NCBI GenBank assembly: GCA_032718475.1
Contig: JAUCBJ010002359.1
Location: 1-64,000 of the forward strand
Length of the DNA stretch: 64,000 nucleotides
Source: Nemertoderma westbladi
Taxonomy: Eukaryota > Animalia > Xenacoelomorpha
Direction of reading: 5' to 3'
Made by a program: the position numbers and the translations under genes. The notes below the pieces were generated by a model. That model saw only the letters and a list, made by a program, of their open reading frames with translations. It was not told the origin of the DNA and did no database searches. Shown piece by piece: positions 46,101 through 58,700 of this stretch. How positions within the stretch are numbered: the stretch's first letter is position 1; each line of letters starts with the position of its first letter.

Positions 46101-47076
46101 GATAATCTATGTTCCCGTTGTCAAAAATAAAATGATTCATGTAATCTGTGTACTGCGAAGTACGATGTTTGTTATCTTTCACTTTGCTGCTAAATTTTGT
46201 GGCTATAATAGCCCATTTGAAACAGTCATTATCAGCCGTTTGTATATTTATAACATATTGTTTACTCGATAGAGCCTTAGGTAACTCCATATAACCGTGA
46301 CCTTTATATTCCAGTGACCTACACTTGGATTCAGCTACTTTAATTTCCACTCTTAATAAAGATTTAACGCGCCACCCTGAGCCACGAGTGTTAAATATGG
46401 CTATTTTTTGTATTAATTTTTCTAGTACATACTCAAACCATGTGTCAAAACTTTCATGTGAATCTACGGTATTAACTGCACCACCTGAAGAACTAAAATA
46501 GAAAGTTTCTTCTTGGTCACCCTCTGCAAAATGTGATCGATACATGAGTATATTCACACCTAGCCAGGGTCTAAGTACATTCATTTCGCTAAGTTTTCCT
46601 AATAATAAGTTTTTGATGTGAGGTAGAATATGAACTATCGATGAATGAATATCAGGAAAATCTTCATCATTCGGAAGATTGTAAACATAGATTTCTAAAC
46701 GGTTATCGTGTGCGGCTCGTTCGAGGCTAAAAATTGATGGACCTTGACCAGATTTCAGTCTTTTTCTAGATGCGACAGTATTGTTTTGGTTCCATTGTGG
46801 TGGTCTAACATGATAATAACGTTGGTGACAGTCGTGACGTAAATAATTCTCATATAAATACTCTTTATTACAAGTAGGGCAAGTTTTTTCATACACGCAA
46901 AACTTCATTTCTTTACAACCCGTAGTTGATTCATGTCGTTTGCAAATTTCTTCACGTGAACATTTCACATGACAATTAAAACAATTAAATTCTTGAAAAT
47001 GTGATTTCAAGTGAGTTAAATAATTTCGTTTAGAAATTTGAAGAGGACAAAATGGACATTTCAATTGTTTATCCAT
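43116..47076 (-). CDS. polB: Protein-primed family B DNA polymerase, split by a 1-nt frameshift at about 44718
   Basis: N-terminal Cys/His zinc fingers, RGSGW, exonuclease FDIES and HNCNHYDLHFL, HHSHITGNYIAAACNACN insert, RKGIFPYEY. Polymerase motifs DFNSLY, KLLNNSLFGK, SDTDS. Removing one base restores YLKLDVCLLADIFENFR. Confidence 0.95.
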
Positions 47077-47629
47077 CTCTTTATTATCCTAAAAACAATT
47101 TAAAATTAATATGAATATTGTTATATATATAATCAAAAAAAATTCATAAGCTACTCAACACAAATAAAATATAATATCTAAACTTTAATTAATTTAATAT
47201 TTTCAGAATGAGCTCGATTGAATCAGTTGAGCTCTTTATATATATATTTCAAGTTTCTACTTATACCAACCAATCATAAATAACAGTTACATTGGAAACT
47301 AATATCATAAATAAAGTTGCTTTTACAACTGAATTCTTTATAATAAAATCAAGTCTAAACCAAGATGTGCATAATGTGTTTTTAATTTTCATTGATAAAG
47401 TAGGTTTTACATGCTAATGTTTTATTATGGTGGTGTAAACTCATGCATTTACATGCGAATGTTTTATACCTAATCCCATGCTCACATTAAATATAAACTA
47501 TCACCAATATTTACTCAATAAAGTCACCTTTACATGCAAATACTTTATAATAATCACGCTTTGTGATAAAAAGTTACCTTTACAAGTCAGTGTGAAACTG
47601 AAAAAGAAAAGTCTCTAGTTAATAATAAA

Positions 47630-47917
47630 TCAATCTGATACTGTTTTTATATGTTCCTTATTGTAATCTGCTACCTCTTCACTTGCTTTTGTAACTTTTA
47701 TTTTCTTTGTAGGTATAGAATCATTGTTGGGAATGGAAGATGTTTGAGATGTAGATCTGCGCTTTCTATCACTCGATGTCTCTTCGATGTATGTCTTTGG
47801 ATTAAATGTGGATGAAACTGTTTCTGGAAATGACTTATTAACCTTAAACTTCCAAGTTGGTTGATATAGAATCGCGAAACCGTCTGCTATATCAGTTGAT
47901 GAAACCTTTTCCATCAT
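47630..47917 (-). CDS. Polinton hypothetical protein (may start near 48015 if the A8 run was originally A9)
   Basis: The frame is open upstream to the poly-A run at 47999-48006; NLS-like RKRR and KKIK. Confidence 0.4.
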   Translation of the reverse strand: MMEKVSSTDIADGFAILYQPTWKFKVNKSFPETVSSTFNPKTYIEETSSDRKRRSTSQTSSIPNNDSIPTKKIKVTKASEEVADYNKEHIKTVSD

Positions 47918-48007
47918 ATCATAGAGAAACTCTATATGAGGTATGTCTTTATCATAATGTAACTGTAAATATTTGCTTTCCTTGTCTGTAATAATTACTT
48001 TTTTTTC

Positions 48008-48673
48008 TTATACATTTATTTTTACTTTAAGTCGGTCAGATAAAGCTTTATCGCTCGTATCTAGCTCTGAAAAGACACCTTCGTTACTAATTTCATAATT
48101 CCATTCATACCACAATGAATTTACATCCGATGCTGTTAAGTTAAACCCATTATAATACCTAAGACCAATAGCATCAGAATATCTAGCTGAAATCTCCCAT
48201 AGTCCCATATAAGTCGTTCCTTTATATTTGCTTACAAAACCAACAAAAGATGGGTTGGTTAAATTAACAACAGAACACTGATTTATTATTTTGAGTGGTG
48301 GTGATAACAATTCAAATATTTCTGTCTTACTCTGAAGCAATAAATTAATGAGTGATTTGTTTAGAATTTGACATTTGCCTTGCTTCTGAATATATACGTT
48401 TTCAGTAATAACACAGGTGGAAATATTTAACTTTCCTCTTGTAAATTCTATATTAGGATAAATATTACCTCTTGAAACTGGTGATTCCTTTTGTCGGTTG
48501 ATTAATATTTCTAAGACGTCTAGAAGGTAGAGTGTATCCCGGTAAGAGAAGCATGTTGTTACATTGCTATTGCTTGAGTGTAATATAAAGTACTTGCCAT
48601 AAACAATACTACAGGTATATTTATTACATGTAAATTTCCAAGTATTGCTTGAAGTTTTTTTAAATAAATCCAT
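48008..48673 (-). CDS. Polinton hypothetical protein, 221 aa, possible PC4-like ssDNA-binding C-terminal domain
   Basis: FVSKYKGTTYMGLWE...NGFNLT loosely resembles the PC4 beta-hairpin and GISL pattern. Confidence 0.5.
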   Translation of the reverse strand: MDLFKKTSSNTWKFTCNKYTCSIVYGKYFILHSSNSNVTTCFSYRDTLYLLDVLEILINRQKESPVSRGNIYPNIEFTRGKLNISTCVITENVYIQKQGKCQILNKSLINLLLQSKTEIFELLSPPLKIINQCSVVNLTNPSFVGFVSKYKGTTYMGLWEISARYSDAIGLRYYNGFNLTASDVNSLWYEWNYEISNEGVFSELDTSDKALSDRLKVKINV

Positions 48674-49223
48674 AATTAGAATGAAAACTATTTTGAAAAA
48701 TAAAAACTAAATAAATGATTATTAGAATGTAAAACTTCTGTTTATATGGTTGCTTTAATACAACAGAGTGACTTACAGTGAGGAATATAGTAGCTTTGTG
48801 TAACAGATGCAACGTGTACAGCTAAATTTATTACATTAGCGTGAGTTAGAGAGTGAAATAGCAGTAACATGTAACAGATGCAACGTGAACAATGCTAGCC
48901 CTGTCATTCTAACTTATATTTAACTTAGTTGACCGACCAGTCACATCGATAAAAGAAATCATTATTATTAATAGTCGAATTAATGTATTCTATGCTATAG
49001 TAATTATGTTAAGGAACTAGAAGCTATTTATAAACATCTGCTACCAGTGATGAAGATGAAGAATTCAATGACTATGGTATAACTCAGATATTTATCGCCT
49101 TTTTCTCTCGAGGTTGGATGGAAGACTGATTGGTGAGTTGTGAGGAGTTATAACGGTGCCGGGTTCGAACCCTGTTGAATATTTTGTTATCTGAAAAATT
49201 GCAAAATTAAATTTAGTTACTGG

Positions 49224-49609
49224 TGAAAAATAGCGATTTGAAAAATAGTAGACGTTACCTGTAGACACTTCTAGCATCTGTAAAATAAAGGTTGGTGAAA
49301 AATTGCGATTTGAAAAATAGTAGAAGTTACCTGATGCTAAGTGTAGACACCCGAACACCTGTAAAATAAAGGTTGGTGATTGGATGCAGTACTAGCGTTG
49401 GGTGACTAATAACGCCTCTAGCGGAATAAGCGGGAACTTGAGAAGTTACCATGGTTACGGATGAAATGCTGACATCTGATTGGTTGAAATAATAACGACT
49501 ACTGCTAAAGGTTGAAATGGTGGCTTCTGATTGGATGCAGTACTAGAAATGGATGGTAATGATGGGCTACGGGTGACCATGAAGCCGTGTCACACAATTA
49601 TATACTACT
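49224..49609 (-). repeat. Polinton right terminal inverted repeat
   Basis: Ends ...CACACAATTATATACTACT followed by the TSD GTCGCC. Confidence 0.95.
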
Positions 49610-49730
49610 GTCGCCAACCGCCCCCCATGTCCTTAATCAGAACCTCATCAGTCTGTCCAGTCTGCATTCGGTGCTCTTGAACACCCGCTGCACTAAGAGA
49701 AAGCTTATCTGCCAAGGCAGTCAGCTCACC
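49610..49730 (-). mobile_element. N-terminal continuation of the RTE-like LINE endonuclease, cut off by the satellite
   Basis: GTCGCCAACCGCCCCCCAT matches the uninterrupted copy at 11393-11411; minus strand encodes ...AAGVQEHR (AP endonuclease QE motif). Confidence 0.8.
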
Positions 49731-52700
49731 TTGTTGGGGGAACCCAAGTAGGAACAATTACTGAACACATTGGCATTCTATTGTTGGAGGAACCCAAGTA
49801 GGAACAATTACTGAACACATTGGCATTCTATTGTTGGGGGAACCCAAGTAGGAACAATTACTGAACACATTGGCATTATATTGTTGGGGGAACCCAAGTA
49901 GGAACAATTACTGAACACATTGGCATTCTATTGTTGGGGGAACCCAAGTAGGAACAATTACTGAACACATTGGCATTCTATTGTTGGGGGAACCCAAGTA
50001 GGAACAATTACTGAACACATTGGCATTATATTGTTGGGGGAACCCAAGTAGGAACAATTACTGAACACATTGGCATTCTATTGTTGGGGGAACCCAAGTA
50101 GGAACAATTACTGAACACATTGGCATTCTATTGTTGGGGGAACCCAAGTAGGAACAATTACTGAACACATTGGCATTACATTGTTGGGGGAACCCAAGTA
50201 GGAACAATTACTGAACACATTGGCATTCTATTGTTGGGGGAACCCAAGTAGGAACAATTACTGAACACATTGGCATTATATTGTTGGGGGAACCCAAGTA
50301 GGAACAATTACTGAACACATTGGCATTCTATTGTTGGGGGAACCCAAGTAGGAACAATTACTGAACACATTGGCATTACATTGTTGGGGGAACCCAAGTA
50401 GGAACAATTACTGAACACATTGGCATTCTATTGTTGGGGGAACTCAAGTAGGAACAATTACTGAACACATTGGCATTATATTGTTGGGGGAACCCAAGTA
50501 GGAACAATTACTGAACACATTGGCATTCTATTGTTGGGGGAACCCAAGTAGGAACAATTACTGAACACATTGGCATTATATTGTTGGGGGAACCCAAGTA
50601 GGAACAATTACTGAACACATTGGCATTCTATTGTTGAGGGAACCCAAGTAGGAACAATTACTGAACACATTGGCATTATATTGTTGGGGGAACCCAAGTA
50701 GGAACAATTACTGAACACATTGGCATTCTATTGTTGGGGGAACCCAAGTAGGAACAATTACTGAACACATTGGCATTCTATTGTTGGGGGAACACAAGTA
50801 GGAACAATTACTGAACACATTGGCATTCTATTGTTGGGGGAACCCAAGTAGGAACAATTACTGAACACATTGGCATTCTATTGTTGGGGGACCCAAGTAG
50901 GAACAATTACTGAACACATTGGCATTCTATTGTTGGGGGACCCAAGTAGGAACAATTACTGAACACATTGGCATTCTATTGTTGGGGAACCCAAGTAGGA
51001 ACAATTACTGAACACATTGGCATTCTATTGTTGGGGAACCCAAGTAGGAACAATTACTGAACACATTGGCATTCTATTGTTGGAGGAACCCAAGTAGGAA
51101 CAATTACTGAACACATTGGCATTCTATTGTTGGGGGAACCCAAGTAGGAACAATTACTGAACACATTGGCATTCTATTGTTGGGGGAACCCAAGTAGGAA
51201 CAATTACTGAACACATTGGCATTATATTGTTGGGGGAACCCAAGTAGGAACAATTACTGAACACATTGGCATTCTATTGTTGGGGGAACCCAAGTAGGAA
51301 CAATTACTGAACACATTGGCATAATATTGTTGGGGGACCCAAGTAGGAACAATTACTGAACACATTGGCATTATATTGTTGGGGGAACCCAAGTAGGAAC
51401 AATTACTGAACACATTGGCATTCTATTGTTGGGGGAACCCAAGTAGGAACAATTACTGAACACATTGGCATTCTATTGTTGGGGGAACCCAAGTAGGAAC
51501 AATTACTGAACACATTGGCATTCTATTGTTGGGGGAACCCAAGTAGGAACAATTACTGAACACATTGGCATTCTATTGTTGCGGGAACCCAAGTAGGAAC
51601 AATTACTGAACACATTAGCATTCTATTGTTGGGGGACCCAAGTAGGACCAATTACTGAACACATTGGCATTCTATTGTTGGGGGAACCCAAGTAGGAACA
51701 ATTACTGAACACATTGGCATTCTATTGTTGGGGAACCCAAGTAGGAACAATTACTGAACACATTGGCATTCTATTGTTGGGGGACCCAAGTAGGAACAAT
51801 TACTGAACACATTGGCATTCTATTGTTGGGGAACCCAAGTAGGAACAATTACTGAACACATTGGCATTATATTGTTGGGGGAACCCAAGTAGGAACAATT
51901 ACTGAACACATTGGCATTCTATTGTTGGGGAACCCAAGTAGGAACAATTACTGAACACATTGGCATTCTATTGTTGGGGGACCCAAGTAGGAACAATTAC
52001 TGAACACATTGGCATTCTATTGTTGGGGGAACCCAAGTAGGAACAATTACTGAACACATTGGCATTCTATTGTTGGGGAACCCAAGTAGGAACAATTACT
52101 GAACACATTGGCATTCTATTGTTGGGGGAACCCAAGTAGGAACAATTACTGAACACATTGGCATTCTATTGTTGGGGGAACCCAAGTAGGAACAATTACT
52201 GAACACATTGGCATTCTATTGTTGGGGGACCCAAGTAGGAACAATTACTGAACACATTGGCATTCTATTGTTGGGGGAACCCAAGTAGGAACAATTACTG
52301 AACACATTGGCATTCTATTGTTGGGGGAACCCAAGTAGGAACAATTACTGAACACATTGGCATTCTATTGTTGGGGAACCCAAGTAGGAACAATTACTGA
52401 ACACATTGGCATTCTATTGTTGGGGGACCCAAGTAGGAACAATTACTGAACACATTGGCATTCTATTGTTGGGGGACCCAAGTAGGAACAATTACTGAAC
52501 ACATTGGCATTCTATTGTTGGGGGACCCAAGTAGGAACAATTACTGAACACATTGGCATTCTATTGTTGGGGGAACCCAAGTAGGAACAATTACTGAACA
52601 CATTGGCATTCTATTGTTGGGGAACCCAAGTAGGAACAATTACTGAACACATTGGCATTCTATTGTTGGGGGACCCAAGTAGGAACAATTACTGAACACA

Positions 52701-55700
52701 TTGGCATTCTATTGTTGGGGGAACCCAATTAGGAACAATTACTGAACACATTGGCATTCTATTGTTGGGGGAACCCAAGTAGGAACAATTACTGAACACA
52801 TTGGCATTCTATTGTTGGGGGACCCAAGTAGGAACAATTACTGAACACATTGGCATTCTATTGTTGGGGAACCCAAGTAGGAACAATTACTGAACACATT
52901 GGCATTCTATTGTTGGGGAACCCAAGTAGGAACAATTACTGAACAAATTGGCATTCTATTGTTGGGGAACCCAAGTAGGAACAATTACTGAACACATTGG
53001 CATTCTATTGTTGGGGAACCCAAGTAGGAACAATTACTGAACACATTGGCATTCTATTGTTGGGGGAACCCAAGTAGGAACAATTACTGAACACATTGGC
53101 ATTCTATTGTTGGGGGACCCAAGTAGGAACAATTACTGAACACATTGGCATTATATTGTTGGGGAACCCAAGTAGGAACAATTACTGAACACATTGGCAT
53201 TCTATTGTTGGGGAACCCAAGTAGGAACAATTACTGAACACATTGGCATTCTATTGTTGGGGGAACCCAAGTAGGAACAATTACTGAACACATTGGCATT
53301 CTATTGTTGGGGGAACCCAAGTAGGAACAATTACTGAACACATTGGCATTCTATTGTTGGGGGACCCAAGTAGGAACAATTACTGAACACATTGGCATTA
53401 TATTGTTGGGGAACCCAAGTAGGAACAATTACTGAACACATTGGCATTCTATTGTTGGGGAACCCAAGTAGGAACAATTACTGAACACATTGGCATTCTA
53501 TTGTTGGGGAACCCAAGTAGGAACAATTACTGAACACATTGGCATTCTATTGTTGGGGGACCCAAGTAGGAACAATTACTGAACACATTGGCATTCTATT
53601 GTTGGGGAACCCAAGTAGGAACAATTACTGAACACATTGGCATTATATTGTTGGGGAACCCAAGTAGGAACAATTACTGAACACATTGGCATTCTATTGT
53701 TGGGGAACCCAAGTAGGAACAATTACTGAACAAATTGGCATTCTATTGTTGGGAGAACCCAAGTAGGAACAATTACTGAACACATTGGCATTCTATTGTT
53801 GGGGGACCCAAGTAGGAACAATTACTGAACACATTGGCATTATATTGTTGGGGGAACCCAAGTAGGAACAATTACTGAACACATTGGCATTCTATTGTTG
53901 GGGGAACCCAAGTAGGAACAATTACTGAACACATTGGCATTCTATTGTTGGGGAACCCAAGTAGGAACAATTACTGAACACATTGGCATTCTATTGTTGG
54001 GGGACCCAAGTAGGAACAATTACTGAACACATTGGCATTCTATTGTTGGGGAACCCAAGTAGGAACAATTACTGAACAAATTGGCATTCTATTGTTGGGA
54101 GAACCCAAGTAGGAACAATTACTGAACACATTGGCATTCTATTGTTGGGGGACCCAAGTAGGAACAATTACTGAACACATTGGCATTATATTGTTGGGGG
54201 AACCCAAGTAGGAACAATTACTGAACACATTGGCATTCTATTGTTGGGGGAACCCAAGTAGGAACAATTACTGAACACATTGGCATTCTATTGTTGGGGA
54301 ACCCAAGTAGGAACAATTACTGAACACATTGGCATTCTATTGTTGGGGGAACCCAAGTAGGAACAATTACTGAACACATTGGCATTCTATTGTTGGGGGA
54401 CCCAAGTAGGAACAATTACTGAACACATTGGCATTCTATTGTTGGGGAACCCAAGTAGGAACAATTACTGAACACATTGGCATTATATTGTTGGGGAACC
54501 CAAGTAGGAACAATTACTGAACACATTGGCATTCTATTGTTGGGGAACCCAAGTAGGAACAATTACTGAACACATTGGCATTCTATTGTTGGGGAACCCA
54601 AGTAGGAACAATTACTGAACACATTGGCATTCTATTGTTGGGGGACCCAAGTAGGAACAATTACTGAACACATTGGCATTCTATTGTTGGGGAACCCAAG
54701 TAGGAACAATTACTGAACACATTGGCATTATATTGTTGGGGAACCCAAGTAGGAACAATTACTGAACACATTGGCATTCTATTGTTGGGGAACCCAAGTA
54801 GGAACAATTACTGAACAAATTGGCATTCTATTGTTGGGAGAACCCAAGTAGGAACAATTACTGAACACATTGGCATTCTATTGTTGGGGGACCCAAGTAG
54901 GAACAATTACTGAACACATTGGCATTCTATTGTTGGGGGAACCCAAGTAGGAACAATTACTGAACACATTGGCATTCTATTGTTGGGGGACCCAAGTAGG
55001 AACAATTACTGAACACATTGGCATTCTATTGTTGGGGAACCCAAGTAGGAACAATTACTGAACACATTGGCATTCTATTGTTGGGGGACCCAAGTAGGAA
55101 CAATTACTGAACACATTGGCATTCTATTGTTGGGGAACCCAAGTAGGAACAATTACTGAACACATTGGCATTATATTGTTGGGGAACCCAAGTAGGAACA
55201 ATTACTGAACACATTGGCATTCTATTGTTGGGGAACCCAAGTAGGAACAATTACTGAACACATTGGCATTCTATTGTTGGGGAACCCAAGTAGGAACAAT
55301 TACTGAACACATTGGCATTCTATTGTTGGGGGACCCAAGTAAGAACAATTACTGAACACATTGGCATTCTATTGTTGGGGAACCCAAGTAGGAACAATTA
55401 CTGAACACATTGGCATTATATTGTTGGGGAACCCAAGTAGGAACAATTACTGAACACATTGGCATTCTATTGTTGGGGAACCCAAGTAGGAACAATTACT
55501 GAACAAATTGGCATTCTATTGTTGGGAGAACCCAAGTAGGAACAATTACTGAACACATTGGCATTCTATTGTTGGGGGACCCAAGTAGGAACAATTACTG
55601 AACACATTGGCATTCTATTGTTGGGGGAACCCAAGTAGGAACAATTACTGAACACATTGGCATTCTATTGTTGGGGGAACCCAAGTAGGAACAATTACTG

Positions 55701-58700
55701 AACACATTGGCATTATATTGTTGGGGGAACCCAAGTAGGAACAATTACTGAACACATTGGCATTCTATTGTTGGGGGAACCCAAGTAGGAACAATTACTG
55801 AACACATTGGCATTATATTGTTGGGGGAACCCAAGTAGGAACAATTACTGAACACATTGGCATTCTATTGTTGGGGGACCCAAGTAGGAACAATTACTGA
55901 ACACATTGGCATTATATTGTTGGGGGAACCCAAGTAGGAACATTTACTGAACACATTGGCATTCTATTGTTGGGGGACCCAAGTAGGAACAATTACTGAA
56001 CACATTGGCATTCTATTGTTGGGGGAACCCAAGTAGGAACAATTACTGAACACATTGGCATTCTATTGTTGGGGAACCCAAGTAGGAACAATTGCTGAAC
56101 ACATTGGCATTATATTGTTGGGGGAACCCAAGTAGGAACAATTACTGAACACATTGGCATTCTATTGTTGGGGGAACCCAAGTAGGAACAATTACTGAAC
56201 ACATTGGCATTCTATTGTTGGGGGAATCCAAGTAGGAACAATTACTGAACACATTGGCATTCTATTGTTGGGGGAACACAAGTAGGAACAATTACTGAAC
56301 ACATTGGCATTCTATTGTTGGGGGAACCCAAGTAGGAACAATTACTGAACACATTGGCATTCTATTGTTGGGGGACCCAAGTAGGAACAATTACTGAACA
56401 CATTGGCATTCTATTGTTGGGGGAACCCAAGTAGGAAAAATTACTGAACAAATTGGCATTCTATTGTTGGGGGAACCCAAGTAGGAACAATTACTGAACA
56501 CATTGGCATTCTATTGTTGGGGGAACCCAAGTAGGAACAATTACTGAACACATTGGCATTCTATTGTTGGGGGAACCCAAGTAGGAACAATTACTGAACA
56601 CATTGTCATTATATTGTTGGGGGAACCCAAGTAGGAACAATTACTGAACACATTGGCATTCTATTGTTGGGGGACCCAAGTAGGAACAATTACTGAACAC
56701 ATTGGCATTCTATTGTTGGGGGAACCCAAGTAGGAAAAATTACTGAACACATTGGCATTCTATTGTTGGGGGAACCCAAGTAGGAACAATTACTGAACAC
56801 ATTGGCATTCTATTGTTGGGGGAACCCAAGTAGGAACAATTACTGAACACATTGGCATTATATTGTTGGGGGAACCCAAGTAGGAACAATTACTGAACAC
56901 ATTGGCATTCTATTGTTGGGGGAACCCAAGTAGGAACAATTGCTGAACACATTGGCATTATATTGTTGGGGGAACCCAAGTAGGAACAATTACTGAACAC
57001 ATTGGCATTCTATTGTTGGGGGAACCCAAGTAGGAACAATTACTGAACACATTGGCATTCTATTGTTGGGGGAATCCAAGTAGGAACAATTACTGAACAC
57101 ATTGGCATTCTATTGTTGGGGGAACACAAGTAGGAACAATTACTGAACACATTGGCATTCTATTGTTGGGGGAACCCAAGTAGGAACAATTACTGAACAC
57201 ATTGGCATTCTATTGTTGGGGAACCCAAGTAGGAACAATTGCTGAACACATTGGCATTATATTGTTGGGGGAACCCAAGTAGGAACAATTACTGAACACA
57301 TTGGCATTCTATTGTTGGGGGAACCCAAGTAGGAACAATTACTGAACACATTGGCATTCTATTGTTGGGGGAATCCAAGTAGGAACAATTACTGAACACA
57401 TTGGCATTCTATTGTTGGGGGAATCCAAGTAGGAACAATTACTGAACACATTGGCATTCTATTGTTGGGGGAATCCAAGTAGGAACAATTACTGAACACA
57501 TTGGCATTCTATTGTTGGGGGAATCCAAGTAGGAACAATTACTGAACACATTGGCATTCTATTGTTGGGGGAATCCAAGTAGGAACAATTACTGAACACA
57601 TTGGCATTCTATTGTTGGGGGAATCCAAGTAGGAACAATTACTGAACACATTGGCATTCTATTGTTGGGGAACCCAAGTAGGAACAATTGCTGAACACAT
57701 TGGCATTATATTGTTGGGGGAATCCAAGTAGGAACAATTACTGAACACATTGGCATTCTATTGTTGGGGGAATCCAAGTAGGAACAATTACTGAACACAT
57801 TGGCATTCTATTGTTGGGGGAATCCAAGTAGGAACAATTACTGAACACATTGGCATTCTATTGTTGGGGGAATCCAAGTAGGAACAATTACTGAACACAT
57901 TGGCATTCTATTGTTGGGGGAATCCAAGTAGGAACAATTACTGAACACATTGGCATTCTATTGTTGGGGGAACCCAAGTAGGAAAAATTACTGAACAAAT
58001 TGGCATTCTATTGTTGGGGGAACCCAAGTAGGAACAATTACTGAACACATTGGCATTCTATTGTTGGGGGAACCCAAGTAGGAACAATTACTGAACACAT
58101 TGGCATTCTATTGTTGGGGGAACCCAAGTAGGAACAATTACTGAACACATTGTCATTATATTGTTGGGGGAACCCAAGTAGGAACAATTACTGAACACAT
58201 TGGCATTCTATTGTTGGGGGAACACAAGTAGGAACAATTACTGAACACATTGGCATTCTATTGTTGGGGGAACCCAAGTAGGAACAATTACTGAACACAT
58301 TGTCATTATATTGTTGGGGGAACCCAAGTAGGAACAATTACTGAACACATTGGCATTCTATTGTTGGGGGAATCCAAGTAGGAACAATTACTGAACACAT
58401 TGGCATTCTATTGTTGGGGGACCCAAGTAGGAACAATTACTGAACACATTGGCATTCTATTGTTGGGGGAATCCAAGTAGGAACAATTACTGAACACATT
58501 GGCATTCTATTGTTGGGGGACCCAAGTAGGAACAATTACTGAACACATTGTCATTATATTGTTGGGGGAACCCAAGTAGGAACAATTACTGAACACATTG
58601 GCATTCTATTGTTGGGGGAACCCAAGTAGGAACAATTACTGAACACATTGTCATTATATTGTTGGGGGAACCCAAGTAGGAACAATTACTGAACACATTG

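Larger units (their letters stand above)
31053..49609. mobile_element. Full-length Polinton/Maverick endogenous virus, 18,557 bp
   Basis: Termini AGTAGT...ACTACT, 386-bp TIRs, 6-bp TSD GTCGCC (31047-31052 and 49610-49615). Carries pPolB, integrase, ATPase, capsid and protease genes. Confidence 0.97.

Noticed and set aside
31053-49609. Polinton as contaminating free virus or prophage
   Set aside because: A perfect 6-bp TSD within a LINE, and a Helitron insertion, show chromosomal integration in a eukaryote.
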